This document shows, in pieces, positions 10,046 through 20,555 of a stretch of DNA of 64,000 nucleotides (positions are counted from its first letter, which is position 1; every line of letters begins with the position of its first letter). Origin of the DNA: Gemmatimonadota bacterium. GTDB taxonomy: Bacteria; Gemmatimonadota; Gemmatimonadetes; Gemmatimonadales; GWC2-71-9. The notes beneath the pieces were generated by a model that saw nothing but the letters and a program-made list of their open reading frames with translations, was not told where the DNA came from and ran no database searches. Made by a program: the position numbers and the translations under genes. Location: positions 30,358 through 94,357 of the forward strand of contig JBDHKN010000007.1 of assembly GCA_039586365.1 (NCBI GenBank), given 5' to 3'.

Positions 10046-11695
10046 ATGAGAACATGCCATCTAAGAACCCGTGGGGCAATCTCCGTGGCGCTGGGGCTAT
10101 TTGTTGTCGCGTTCACCGTCACACTAGGCTGTGAACCCGCCGTGACCGGCTACCACGTCATTCCGCTGCCAAGACAGGTGACACCGAGGTCCGGCTCCTT
10201 CTGGGTGGATCAGTCAACGATCATAGCTCTGTCAAATCCCTCGGACGAAGAGTTGCTCTACCTAGGGCAGTACGGTGCGAGAATGATCGCTGACGCAGTG
10301 GGAATCCAGATCCCAGTCTCGAGTGAACCGGTGACTGGTGATGGACCTAATCAGATCGTTCTGGCCCTCTCCTCAGACAGTGCGGTGTCAAGTCCGGAGC
10401 AGTACACGCTCATCGTGGATGAGCGTTCGGTCACTATCTCTGCTCCGTATCACAGAGGGATCTTCTATGGACTGCAAACGCTGCGGCAGTTCCTCTCGGC
10501 TGAGAGTCCAGGTGTGATCCCCGCGGTCGAGATACAAGACCGTCCGAGATTCCCATATCGAGGCATGCACTTGGACGTCGGGCGTCATTTCTTCCCGGTA
10601 TCGTTTGTCAAGAAATACATCGACCTGATCGCGATGTACAAGATGAACACGTTTCACTGGCACCTCACCGAGGATCAGGGGTGGCGCATAGAGATCAAGA
10701 AGTACCCACGGCTTACGCAGATCGGAGCTTATCGCAAGGAAACCGTGTTCGAGAGGAATTTCGACCCTTACATAGGCGACGGCATCCCGCACGGTGGATT
10801 CTACACGCAGGACGAGATTCGCGAGGTAGTGAAGTACGCACATCAGAGATATGTGACGGTGATCCCAGAGATCGAGATGCCGGGCCATTCCACTGCCGCT
10901 CTTGCAGCCTATCCGCAGCTCGCGTGTACCGAGGGTCCCATAGAAGTATCCACCAACTGGGGCGTCCACGATGACATCTACTGCCCGAGAGAAGGGACTT
11001 TCACCTTCATACAGGACGTCTTGACTGAAGTGATAGATCTGTTTCCGAGCCAGTACATCCACATCGGAGGTGATGAGGTACCGAAGGATCGCTGGCACGA
11101 CAGCGAGGTCGCTCAGGAGATAATCCGCAGAGAGGGTCTGGCGGACGAGCAGGAGCTGCAGAGCTACTTCATCCGGAGGATCGAGGCATTCCTGCTGCAA
11201 CACGGCCGACGGCTTATCGGATGGGACGAGATCTTGGAAGGAGGACTAGCCCCGGAAGCGACGGTGATGTCCTGGCGCGGCCTGGAAGGTGGGATCGAAG
11301 CGGCTCACCAAGGCCACGACGTAATCATGACACCAAACAGTCACGTCTACTTCGACCACTATCAAGGTGAACAGGAGAGCGAGCCGCTGGCAATCGGCGG
11401 ATACTCTCCGCTGGACAAGGTATACCAGTTCGAGCCCGTGCCGGAAGGACTCACTGACGAAGAAGCTCGACACGTGTTGGGTGCCCAGGGAAACGTCTGG
11501 ACCGAGTACATGAGGACCACGGACTACGTCGAGTACATGGTATTTCCTCGCATGCTGGCCCTATCGGAAGTCGTGTGGTCACCTAAGGAGGCACGCAACT
11601 GGGATTCCTTCCTCCAGCGCCTGGGGCCCCACATGGAAACACTGGACAGAATCGGCGTCAACTACCGCGTTCCGGAGGAACTGCGTGACGACTAG
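10046..11695 (+). CDS. Beta-N-acetylhexosaminidase (GH20), lipoprotein
   Basis: PRFPYRGMHLDVGRHF, HWHLTEDQGWR, catalytic HIGGDE; lipobox TLGC. Confidence 0.95.
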   Translation: MRTCHLRTRGAISVALGLFVVAFTVTLGCEPAVTGYHVIPLPRQVTPRSGSFWVDQSTIIALSNPSDEELLYLGQYGARMIADAVGIQIPVSSEPVTGDGPNQIVLALSSDSAVSSPEQYTLIVDERSVTISAPYHRGIFYGLQTLRQFLSAESPGVIPAVEIQDRPRFPYRGMHLDVGRHFFPVSFVKKYIDLIAMYKMNTFHWHLTEDQGWRIEIKKYPRLTQIGAYRKETVFERNFDPYIGDGIPHGGFYTQDEIREVVKYAHQRYVTVIPEIEMPGHSTAALAAYPQLACTEGPIEVSTNWGVHDDIYCPREGTFTFIQDVLTEVIDLFPSQYIHIGGDEVPKDRWHDSEVAQEIIRREGLADEQELQSYFIRRIEAFLLQHGRRLIGWDEILEGGLAPEATVMSWRGLEGGIEAAHQGHDVIMTPNSHVYFDHYQGEQESEPLAIGGYSPLDKVYQFEPVPEGLTDEEARHVLGAQGNVWTEYMRTTDYVEYMVFPRMLALSEVVWSPKEARNWDSFLQRLGPHMETLDRIGVNYRVPEELRDD

Positions 11696-11847
11696 GCACT
11701 GGTGGATGTCACCAAGCTGTAGGCTGTAGTTCCCCGCCAGCGCCGTGCGCAGCGCTCGCTCAGCTACGCGTTGCAGTTCAGTGTGAGTGACAGATGCTCC
11801 CGTCCAGCCTCCGCTCACGCCCATCTCGCTGCGTTAGGCGGTATACG

Positions 11848-12558
11848 TCAATACTTGATATCATCTCTGCCTACGGTCATGCCAATGTGACCCACGCGCC
11901 GACCCATAGTATAGAACTCACCGCTACCTGCCGTCATCCCGAAGAACGACACTGCCGAAACAACGAGCCTACCGGTATCGTCACAGACTCCTTGGTGAAC
12001 GGTCGACGCCATGACCTCAGCCAAGAACACCGTCCTCGCTGGTGGGACCCGTATAGTGTCGAATACTCTACACTCGACTTGAATGGGTGACTCTTCGATT
12101 GTAGGAGCGTTTACCGTGACTGCCCGTCCACGCGTCAGCCCCGACAACATGTACTTGTCAGCGACCCTCGAGGAATTCATGTCTACGGTGTCGAACTCGC
12201 GAACGATGTCCGCCGTCGGTACGTTCAACACGAATTCCCGATGAAGAGTCACGAGGTCACGCGCTACATGCTCATCTCCCACACTGATCCCGATCTGCGG
12301 AGGGGTGCCGTTCACCACAAAGGTCCAGACCACGGAAACCTCATCGGGATCTCCCGGCTTGCCGTTAACAGTGAGGAGGATGGCAGGAACGGGTGGTAGC
12401 ATCGGACCGGGCTCTGGGAGCGTCGCTCTGGGACCGCCACCGACACTTGCTTCCCTCCTCGGTGTGCAATTGAGCATCCCAAGACTGGCTGCTACGGCAG
12501 CCGCAGACGTCCGCTTGAAAAAAACCCGCCGGGGAATCGTCTGTACGTAGTTCATCAT
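11848..12558 (-). CDS. Flavin reductase-like (flavoredoxin family) protein with Tat-like N-terminus
   Basis: PVPAILLT, PPQIGISV, EFVLNVP and APTIEESPIQVEC motifs; N-terminal RRVFFK followed by a hydrophobic stretch and LNC. Start placed at ATG 12558. Confidence 0.8.
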   Translation of the reverse strand: MMNYVQTIPRRVFFKRTSAAAVAASLGMLNCTPRREASVGGGPRATLPEPGPMLPPVPAILLTVNGKPGDPDEVSVVWTFVVNGTPPQIGISVGDEHVARDLVTLHREFVLNVPTADIVREFDTVDMNSSRVADKYMLSGLTRGRAVTVNAPTIEESPIQVECRVFDTIRVPPARTVFLAEVMASTVHQGVCDDTGRLVVSAVSFFGMTAGSGEFYTMGRRVGHIGMTVGRDDIKY

Positions 12559-12726
12559 AAGGCCTATTCTGCCATGGTACGCCTGTGCCACACTAGCGAC
12601 TCTCCTGGTCAGACTCCACTGTCTGCCTAGCCTGCTCACACTATCCGCGACACAGGCTACCATCTGAGATGTTCCGTTAGGCAGAGCCGCTCCGGATGGA
12701 GACCTGGAGTCTCGATCGCAGCCGGA

Positions 12727-14289
12727 TCAGCGTCCCAGAGGCGGAGTTGTCGCCGGCGCTCTGCGATGCATTGTCGCCTGCTCATACGAGTAGGCGAGCG
12801 CGATGAGTCTGGGCTCCGACCATGCGTCCCCGAAGATCTGCAAGCCCACCGGGAGATTCCCCCTCACATAACCCATCGGGACAGTTATCGCCGGGAAACC
12901 AGTCCCGGGGGCGAGGTCCTGGCTGTTGTCTCCGTGGGGGGTATTCAAGTCACCAATCAAGCGCGGCGGGTTGCTCCACGTCGGATAGACCATTGCGTCC
13001 AGCTGATGAGTTTCCAGTTGGGTCCGAACCGCAGATCTCAGCTGCTCGCGGTTCGGCAACGATCGTAGGCAACTTTCGTCCTGATCCGGTGGATCTTCGA
13101 CTTGCTGGAATAACTCGAGCCGTGGCCTGATCGTCGGGTGCGTTCGTCCCGATGCTATGATCTCGTCGAGGTCCTTGACCGGCGCCTCAGGACCCAACGT
13201 GGCAAGGTAGTTGTTGATGTCATACTTGAAACGGCGACACCACAGACCGTCCCGACGCAACTCGTTCATCGCCGGAATCGTGACCGGATCGACGATCGTG
13301 GCTCCCTGACGCCGCATATCATCCAGGGCTGCCTCGAACCGCTCCAATACTTCAGGGTCTGCGCCGTCCCGATCCGACCATTGCCTCATAATGCCTATCC
13401 GGGCACCATTCAATGCAGTCGCATCGAGAAAGTCAGTGTAGTGCTCCGCCCTGTGCTCTAGGGCAGACTCAGTGACAGGATCGGCAGGATCGTGGCCTGC
13501 GATGACGTCGAAAACCGCTACCGCATCGGCCACGGTCCGCGCCATCGGACCACCTATGTCCTTGTCGTAGTACAGTGGAATGATGCCGTCTCGGCTCGTG
13601 AGGCCCATGGTCGAGCGTATGCCGACCAACGCCTGATGGGACGAAGGCCCACGGATTGAATTACCCGTGTCAGTACCCAATCCAACAGCGCCCATGCTTG
13701 CTGCAACTGCAGCCGCGGTTCCCCCACTGGATCCAGCTGTCACCCGGTTCAGTGCGTAGGGGTTTAGTGTATATCCGGGCAGCATGGATCCCACCGTCTC
13801 GTAGGGCGTGAACGCGAACTCAGCCATATTCGCCTTGGCGAGCACGATTGCCCCCGCCTCGCGAATCATCTTCACCTGGAAGGCGTCGTCTTTTGGTAGC
13901 GACCCTTCGAGGGACAGTGATCCAGCTGTCGTCGGTAGGTCGTGGGTGTCGTAGTTGTCCTTGACTATGATGGGGATTCCATGTAGTGGACCCACCATTC
14001 CAGATTGAACGAAGGCTCGATCGAGATCGTCAGCTCTCTTCAACGCATCAGGATTGAGCGTGATGATCGCATTGATGGCCGGCCCCTGCTTGTCGTACGC
14101 CTCGATCCGATCAATGTAGAGCTGCACCAGCTCGCTTGCCGTTATCTCCCCCGCCGCCATCGCCCGGTGTATCTCGGCAATGGTCGCCTCGACCACGTCG
14201 AAGTTCTGGCCTCGAATCGCGCCAGTCGACCCGACATTCAATGCAAGGAATATGGCCAACGACGATAGTACCAACGCTGTCATGCGCAT
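12727..14289 (-). CDS. Amidase-signature family protein, exported
   Basis: IIVKDN (Lys), GSSGGTAAAVA and GTDTGNSIRGP; signal peptide; AAGGAG RBS before ATG 14289. Confidence 0.92.
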   Translation of the reverse strand: MRMTALVLSSLAIFLALNVGSTGAIRGQNFDVVEATIAEIHRAMAAGEITASELVQLYIDRIEAYDKQGPAINAIITLNPDALKRADDLDRAFVQSGMVGPLHGIPIIVKDNYDTHDLPTTAGSLSLEGSLPKDDAFQVKMIREAGAIVLAKANMAEFAFTPYETVGSMLPGYTLNPYALNRVTAGSSGGTAAAVAASMGAVGLGTDTGNSIRGPSSHQALVGIRSTMGLTSRDGIIPLYYDKDIGGPMARTVADAVAVFDVIAGHDPADPVTESALEHRAEHYTDFLDATALNGARIGIMRQWSDRDGADPEVLERFEAALDDMRRQGATIVDPVTIPAMNELRRDGLWCRRFKYDINNYLATLGPEAPVKDLDEIIASGRTHPTIRPRLELFQQVEDPPDQDESCLRSLPNREQLRSAVRTQLETHQLDAMVYPTWSNPPRLIGDLNTPHGDNSQDLAPGTGFPAITVPMGYVRGNLPVGLQIFGDAWSEPRLIALAYSYEQATMHRRAPATTPPLGR

Positions 14290-14384
14290 GACTTCTCCTT
14301 TGGAGAGTTGCTTCCACCTGGGAATCACGCACTGTTCCGACCCGTCGCAATGCCGCGGGACGACTTGATATCTGGATGCCACGA

Positions 14385-16481
14385 CTATCGTAAGTATCTC
14401 TGCCACCACTCAAGCTCCGAGCGGTGCGCGTGCAGTTGACGCCACGGAGTCCAACCACCGTGATACGAGTCGGGATAGCGGATGAACTTGGCCTGGACCC
14501 GCCGCTTCTTCAGAGCCACGTACATCTGTTCAGCCTCTTCAATCGGCACCCGGTGATCCAGTTCTCCATGTAGGAACAGTGTCGGAGTTGTCACGGAGCC
14601 AGCATAGGTGAGCGGTGACAGCTCAATCATCAAATCGCGGCTCTGCTTCTCCCAAGGAGGTCCGAAGAATTCACTCTCCTTGGTGCGCGGAATGTCGGCA
14701 GTCCCATAGTCGCTCATCCAGTTCGAGATCGACGCTCTCGCGACAGCAGCCGCAAACCGGGTCGTGTGTCCTATGATCCAGTTCGTCATGAAGCCACCGT
14801 ACGAAGCACCAGTAACACCAAGTCGGTCCGGATCGACTGGATAGCGCTCCAGGACGTAGTCAACTCCTGCCATGATGTCCTGGTAGTCCAGGACACCCCA
14901 CCCGCCCCAGATCGCCCACTTGAAGTCTTCGCCGTACCCGGTCGAGCCCCGTGGATTGATGTAGAGAACGAAGTACCCGTGGGCAGCCAAGAGTTGACGG
15001 CTGAACGAAAACTCATTCCCGTAGGATCCGTGCGGGCCACCATGAATCGCAAGGACCAGCGGATATACCCGACCCTCCTCATAGCCGTGCGGATACATGA
15101 GCCACCCTTCAACCTGGGTACCGTCTTGGCTCGGGAACAAAAGGCGTTCGGCTCCACTCAATCCAAGGTCACCTGGCAGATTTCCGTTACTCCGTGTGAG
15201 CTGAGTTTCACCGGACCCATCAACCTCTGCCGTGTAGATTTCGCCAGGATGAGTAGGGTCAGCTGCACTGTAAGCGATTCGATTGTAACGCGAAGAGAGC
15301 GAAATGCCACTCAGCCGACGGTTCCCCTCAGTAATTTGCTCCACTGGCCCGCCGGACGCAGGTACACGAAACAGATGAGTGTTGCCTCCGATTCCTGTGC
15401 TGAAGTAGATGTGCCTGCCATCGGGACTCCAGCTCGGAGCACCAGGCATGAGATCCCATTCCGCAGTGATATTGCGCAGTTCATCTCCCGAGGCGGGAAC
15501 GAGAAAGAGATCGATCGGTGAGCCATGAGACTGTTTTCGTGCTATGATGCGGTCCAGACCTTCAGAGCCACGCACCACGATCGACTGCCCGTCGGGTGAC
15601 CAAGCGGGATTCGAATAGTTGAACCAGTCGTCTGTCAACCGAGTGACATTCCCCTGCAGATCCACAATCCACACGTCGGCTCTCTCATAAGAGTATTCAT
15701 CTCGCTGGTGAGAATCAGCAGTGAACACCAGTGCCCTAGTATCGGAGCGCCAAGCAGGCGTCTGCACATCGACGCCCAGGTCCGTCAGCCGCCGCGGCTC
15801 CCCACCCTCCCGCTCCACGACATACAGCTCCCTCGGCGGTGTGGCTGTGAGATCACGAGGGTCACGCAAATAGCCGCGGCGATCGAACCTGTAGTTCATC
15901 CAGTCGTAGATCCGCCCGTCGAATCGTTCGTCGATCTGCCGATCGAAATCCGATCGTGCGTCCGGCACCTTGTCCTGCAGCGGGGGTGTTGGATCGACGA
16001 ACGCGATCCACCGATTATCTGGACTAAATATCGGTGTTCCTTCCACCCCCTCGATGCGAAATGCTTCACCCGCCGGCAGATCCATCCTGAGAAACCAGAT
16101 CGAGTTGTCGGTCTCGCCGTTGGTTTCGACTACGCTACGGGCAGATGAAAAACTCAGCAGAGCCCCATCTGGGGACCACCGTGGATTCGAGGCGCTGAAG
16201 GCTGGGCTGGAAAGCTGGATTGCCGTTGCAGAACCATCGCTGCTCGCGAGCCAGATCTCACTGTGTATTCTGTTCTGTACCTCAATGACACGGCTGCGGA
16301 CGTACGCGACGCGACGACCGTCGGGAGAGATCGCAGGACTACTCACGGACACGAGTCGATAGTAGTCCTCGAGTTCTAGCCTCCGTTGCGCCACCAGCAC
16401 CGTGGGCATAACGAGTAGGAGAACGCTGAAAGCTGACATTAGGAGCTTGCGGTAGTTGGCGAGGAAGCGAGGCGACGGCAT
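14385..16481 (-). CDS. S9 family peptidase (acylaminoacyl-peptidase-like) with TolB/PD40 propeller
   Basis: Repeated WSPDG, HGGPH, nucleophile GASYGG, DHRV, H in YHGG; signal peptide. Confidence 0.92.
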   Translation of the reverse strand: MPSPRFLANYRKLLMSAFSVLLLVMPTVLVAQRRLELEDYYRLVSVSSPAISPDGRRVAYVRSRVIEVQNRIHSEIWLASSDGSATAIQLSSPAFSASNPRWSPDGALLSFSSARSVVETNGETDNSIWFLRMDLPAGEAFRIEGVEGTPIFSPDNRWIAFVDPTPPLQDKVPDARSDFDRQIDERFDGRIYDWMNYRFDRRGYLRDPRDLTATPPRELYVVEREGGEPRRLTDLGVDVQTPAWRSDTRALVFTADSHQRDEYSYERADVWIVDLQGNVTRLTDDWFNYSNPAWSPDGQSIVVRGSEGLDRIIARKQSHGSPIDLFLVPASGDELRNITAEWDLMPGAPSWSPDGRHIYFSTGIGGNTHLFRVPASGGPVEQITEGNRRLSGISLSSRYNRIAYSAADPTHPGEIYTAEVDGSGETQLTRSNGNLPGDLGLSGAERLLFPSQDGTQVEGWLMYPHGYEEGRVYPLVLAIHGGPHGSYGNEFSFSRQLLAAHGYFVLYINPRGSTGYGEDFKWAIWGGWGVLDYQDIMAGVDYVLERYPVDPDRLGVTGASYGGFMTNWIIGHTTRFAAAVARASISNWMSDYGTADIPRTKESEFFGPPWEKQSRDLMIELSPLTYAGSVTTPTLFLHGELDHRVPIEEAEQMYVALKKRRVQAKFIRYPDSYHGGWTPWRQLHAHRSELEWWQRYLR

Positions 16482-16617
16482 TCCGATTACCTCCGAGAGT
16501 GACAGTCAGAGTCTGGCTACCGGCACTCGTCAGACTCAGTCACGAGTTGACTCACACCAAGATGTGGGCGGTAACCGAAGCTCGCGAGTGGCATCAGTTA
16601 GGTTCCTTAATGAGAGC

Positions 16618-16641
16618 GGGGCCGCTCCAATGGGCGGCCCC
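16618..16641. terminator. GC-rich stem-loop downstream of the lipoprotein gene
   Basis: GGGGCCGC-TCCAATGG-GCGGCCCC; no clear U tail. Confidence 0.4.
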
Positions 16642-16667
16642 TAATGACTGCAGTCGCAGCTCTCACG

Positions 16668-17102
16668 CTATTCCTGTCTGATAGGGGTGAAGAATCCCGA
16701 TGAGGCGATATTCGGTGGTATGCGAAGCTCCACCAGGTCACCAGGCTGTACGGGTATCTCGTCCGATACGTACCTACCGGGAATAGTTATCATGTCGATT
16801 TCAAAGGCGAGTTCCTCAATGTGCCACGGTATTGTGAACGGCCCATTCTCACGTTTCATGCCCATCACACCCAACGGGTAACGGAGGCCCTGGTTATAGA
16901 CAGCGTGCACCCGCGCTTCGTAGAAGTGATCGTTAATGACCGTAACGATGATGCTATCGCGGACCAGGGGAGTTGGTGTGTGGGCAATTGTGATGGGGTT
17001 GCCCCGGGAACAGCCTGCGACAACAATTACCAGCGCCGCTGCAATGGTATTGCTCGACCGCAACATCCGCCCACCTCCGTAGGGCCGAGGTGCATTCGTC
17101 AT
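16668..17102 (-). CDS. Small hypothetical lipoprotein (beta-sandwich)
   Basis: Hydrophobic segment ending VVAGC and a beta-rich mature part; the real start may be at the downstream MLRSS. Confidence 0.65.
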   Translation of the reverse strand: MTNAPRPYGGGRMLRSSNTIAAALVIVVAGCSRGNPITIAHTPTPLVRDSIIVTVINDHFYEARVHAVYNQGLRYPLGVMGMKRENGPFTIPWHIEELAFEIDMITIPGRYVSDEIPVQPGDLVELRIPPNIASSGFFTPIRQE

Positions 17103-17134
17103 GTCGAAACCCTGGTTGTGGTAGCGGGTGGCTC

Positions 17135-19027
17135 TCAGCTACCACCTCCACCACCCATGTGCGTTTCCAGAAAATCGAGGACCGCCGCGTAGCCGCGTTC
17201 CTGGTTCTCCTTCTTCACGAAGCCGTGCCCTTCGTCATCAAACACTATGTACTCCACCGGAACACCATTGGCACGCACTGCGTCGACTATTTCATCTGAC
17301 TCGACCTGCAGCACTCTGGGATCATTAGCTCCTTGCAGAACCATTAGAGGCCTGACGATGTCGTCTGCGTGGAACAGCGGAGACTTGGCGCGGAAGAACT
17401 CCTCGTCATTAAAATCGCCCATCTCATCCTCCAGAGCCTTCCGCTGTGCCTCCCACCACGGTGGAATACTCTGCACCGTTCGGTGCCAATTCGAAATGCC
17501 GAACATGTCTACGCCGACCGCGAACTCCTCAGGCCTGAACGCTAGGGCAGCAAGAACCATGTAACCCCCGTAGCTGCCACCGATGATGCCGATCCGAGCT
17601 GGATCCACGTAACCCGTCTCAATCAGCATCTGCTTTGAAGCCACACAATCGTCGAGATCGGCGCCGCCGTGCTGCCGGTCATCCATATGGGAGAAAGTCT
17701 TACCGTATCCCCCACTCCCCCGGTTGTTGATGGCGTAGACGACGTACCCATGGTTCACCAAATACTGTATGAGACCGTTATAGCCGACACGGGACTGCCC
17801 CCCCGGACCTCCGTGCACCGACACCAAGGCGGGGGCCGGGGCGGACGAGCTGGCCCCGTACGGTTTGTAGAGAATCCCCGGAATCTCCACACCATCAAAA
17901 GAGTTGAACCGAACCACCTCAGCATCTACCAGATGACTGGGATCGATATTCGGGTTCAGCGAGTGGGTCAGCTGCCTCGGTTCGCCGCCGCCGAGGTCGT
18001 ACACGAATAGGTCACCTGGCATCCGGCTGCTGCTGGCATAGAATCGCATCTGGCTCTCGTCATTGGAGAAACCAACGCTAGTTACTTGAGCATCCGGTAT
18101 TGCAGGTGTCTCGATCGGCTGGAATGACGTACCGTCGAGGATCTTCAGTTCGGTGCGGGAATCATTGTTGATCGCATATGCGAAGTACCGACCAGCGCGG
18201 GAAAACCCCGCGTACATCACATCCCAATCCGGTTGCGCGACAACAGCCCGCTCGCCGGTCGTCAGATTGTACTTCTCCAGAAAATCGAACTCGCTATCAC
18301 GATTGGTCGTGTAGTAGAGTTCAGATCCGTCTGGGCTGAAGTCCTGCAGGAAGTAGTTGACATCGCCCTCATCCGGAGTGATCAGCTGCGTCGTTCCCGC
18401 GTCCCGGTCGTGCAGGTGGATGTCGGCGTCCGCGTTGGAGTTGACTCTGATGAGGGCGACGTAGCGCCGGTCCGGCGACACCAGAGTCACCACGTAGGCT
18501 TCACTGTTGTCGAAGATCATCGCTCGTTCATAGGTATCGGGCGAATACTCATATACGTCCATGAACCTCGAGTTCCGCTCGTTCGTGCTAATGAAGAAGG
18601 ACCTGCGATCTACGGCCCACCCCTGGAACATCGCCCTGTGATCTTCGCCAGGTGTGAGGTCAACGACTTTCCCATCCAGTTCTCGCACGAAAACGTGGTA
18701 CAGTTCGTTACCCCCGCGATCACTCATGTACAGGAAGCGCTCGTCATCCGGGAAATAGCTGAGCGCCAGGATGGACTCCTCAGTCGAGTTGGTGAGTTGA
18801 ACCGGTTCACCGCCCTCTACCGGAATCGCGTATGCGTTGTAGATCCCCGTCCGGTTGCTGCTGACCAGGATGCTTTGGTTATCAGGTGAAAACGATCCAC
18901 CCCTGTAGTCGGTTGTACCCAAGAATTCCTGGATGGAATATTGCGGTACATCCACCACGCGCTGGCACCCCGCGACGAGGGCTCCAATTGTCAGGAGCGC
19001 TAGCGCTACGACCGGCCGTCGAATCAT
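17135..19027 (-). CDS. S9 family peptidase, lipoprotein
   Basis: Lipobox LVAGC, HGGPGGQ, GGSYGG, NDPRV, DEGHGF; start placed at ATG 19027. Confidence 0.92.
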   Translation of the reverse strand: MIRRPVVALALLTIGALVAGCQRVVDVPQYSIQEFLGTTDYRGGSFSPDNQSILVSSNRTGIYNAYAIPVEGGEPVQLTNSTEESILALSYFPDDERFLYMSDRGGNELYHVFVRELDGKVVDLTPGEDHRAMFQGWAVDRRSFFISTNERNSRFMDVYEYSPDTYERAMIFDNSEAYVVTLVSPDRRYVALIRVNSNADADIHLHDRDAGTTQLITPDEGDVNYFLQDFSPDGSELYYTTNRDSEFDFLEKYNLTTGERAVVAQPDWDVMYAGFSRAGRYFAYAINNDSRTELKILDGTSFQPIETPAIPDAQVTSVGFSNDESQMRFYASSSRMPGDLFVYDLGGGEPRQLTHSLNPNIDPSHLVDAEVVRFNSFDGVEIPGILYKPYGASSSAPAPALVSVHGGPGGQSRVGYNGLIQYLVNHGYVVYAINNRGSGGYGKTFSHMDDRQHGGADLDDCVASKQMLIETGYVDPARIGIIGGSYGGYMVLAALAFRPEEFAVGVDMFGISNWHRTVQSIPPWWEAQRKALEDEMGDFNDEEFFRAKSPLFHADDIVRPLMVLQGANDPRVLQVESDEIVDAVRANGVPVEYIVFDDEGHGFVKKENQERGYAAVLDFLETHMGGGGGS

Positions 19028-19119
19028 TTGATCCCCCCGGAAACGCGTTCTGTGCAGGTTAATCTCCATGGGCACTACTCTACCGCAAGGCGATGTTCCG
19101 GCTTGAAACCGATGCCTGG

Positions 19120-20541
19120 TCAGCTCTCCCGCAGCAACCAACATACGACTTTCATCTCGGTCATCTCCTCGATCGAGAATCTAATCCCTTCTCGGCCCAA
19201 CCCCGAATACTTGATGCCGCCAAACGGCATCGTATCGAGTCGGTAGTCGGTGCTGTCGTTGATCATTACGCCGCCGCATTCGAGCCCGTTCGCCAGTCTG
19301 AAAGCCATGTCCACGTTCTGTGTGAATAGAGCGGCGTGGAGCCCGAAGGGCAGGCTGTTTGCTTCGACAATGGCCTCATCCGCATCACGGATCGAATAGA
19401 GATTCACTGTCGGCCCAAACACCTCCTGGCAATGCACTTGCACCGACTTCGGTACCCTTTCCAGCACGGTTGGCTGCACCAAGGCGCCGCTGCGCCCGCC
19501 ACCCGTAAGAACCTCGGCTCCCGCTTCACTCGCAGCTCGGACCCATTTCACCACCCGGTCGGCCTCCTGTTCGGTGATCATAGGCCCCATATCGGTAGCT
19601 TCGTCTAGCTTGTCCCCAATCCTATAAGAAGCAGCGCGCTCCACGACGTCATCACGGAACTTGGTGAAGATTTCTTCGTGAATGTAGATCCGTTGCACGC
19701 CGATGCAATTCTGACCCGCAGCCCAAAATGCTCCCGATACGCACGACTCCACCGCCCAGTTGATGTCCGCGTCCTTCCAGACGATGACCGGGGAATTCGA
19801 TCCCAGCTCCATGCCGATCTTCTTTACGCCTGCACGGGATGTGATGTGCTTGCCAGCTTCGACGCCACCAGTGAACGAGATCATACGGACCCGCTCGTCG
19901 GAGACCAGGGGATCACCGATCACAGAACCGCTGCCAGTGAGGGTTTGCAGTGTCAACTGAGGCAGGCCAGCCTCGACAAAGGCTCGGGTCAACTCAAGTG
20001 CAGAGAGAGGAGTCACTGTAGCGGGTTTGAGGATGACAGCATTGCCAGATGCAATCGCGGGACCCAGTTTGTGCGCTACCAGGTTCAGCGGATCATTGAA
20101 TGGCGTAATCGCCAGGACGACACCGACCGGGACTCTCTCGTAGTATCCACGTCGCTGCTCACCTCCTGGGAAGGTGTCGAACGGAATCGTCTCCCCGTGA
20201 ATCCTTCGAGCTTCTTCGGCGGAGCTGCGCAAGGTGTTGACGCAACGAGACACCTCCTTGCGGGCCTCTCTGATCGTCTTGGAACCCTCACGTGCGATCG
20301 TCTGGGCAAAGTGGTCGCCGCGTTCCTCAACCATCCCGCCGACTGCAGCCAGTATCCGAGCGCGTTCAAAAGCCGGTAGGTCCCGAGCGATTTTGGCACC
20401 CTCCACAGCGGCGGCCAACGCCGTCTCGACATCGGCCATCGTAGCCGACGGAACGGTATCTATCAACGAGTTGTCGAACGGATCGACGACCTCGATCCGT
20501 TCGGCGCGATCCACCCATGCACCAGCCAATAGCATTTCCAT
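19120..20541 (-). CDS. NAD(P)-dependent aldehyde dehydrogenase
   Basis: ITPFNDP, FTGG, MELGSNSP, catalytic GQNC, EVFGP, PFGGIK.SG.GREG. Confidence 0.95.
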   Translation of the reverse strand: MEMLLAGAWVDRAERIEVVDPFDNSLIDTVPSATMADVETALAAAVEGAKIARDLPAFERARILAAVGGMVEERGDHFAQTIAREGSKTIREARKEVSRCVNTLRSSAEEARRIHGETIPFDTFPGGEQRRGYYERVPVGVVLAITPFNDPLNLVAHKLGPAIASGNAVILKPATVTPLSALELTRAFVEAGLPQLTLQTLTGSGSVIGDPLVSDERVRMISFTGGVEAGKHITSRAGVKKIGMELGSNSPVIVWKDADINWAVESCVSGAFWAAGQNCIGVQRIYIHEEIFTKFRDDVVERAASYRIGDKLDEATDMGPMITEQEADRVVKWVRAASEAGAEVLTGGGRSGALVQPTVLERVPKSVQVHCQEVFGPTVNLYSIRDADEAIVEANSLPFGLHAALFTQNVDMAFRLANGLECGGVMINDSTDYRLDTMPFGGIKYSGLGREGIRFSIEEMTEMKVVCWLLRES

Positions 20542-20555
20542 GCCCAGACTCCAGT

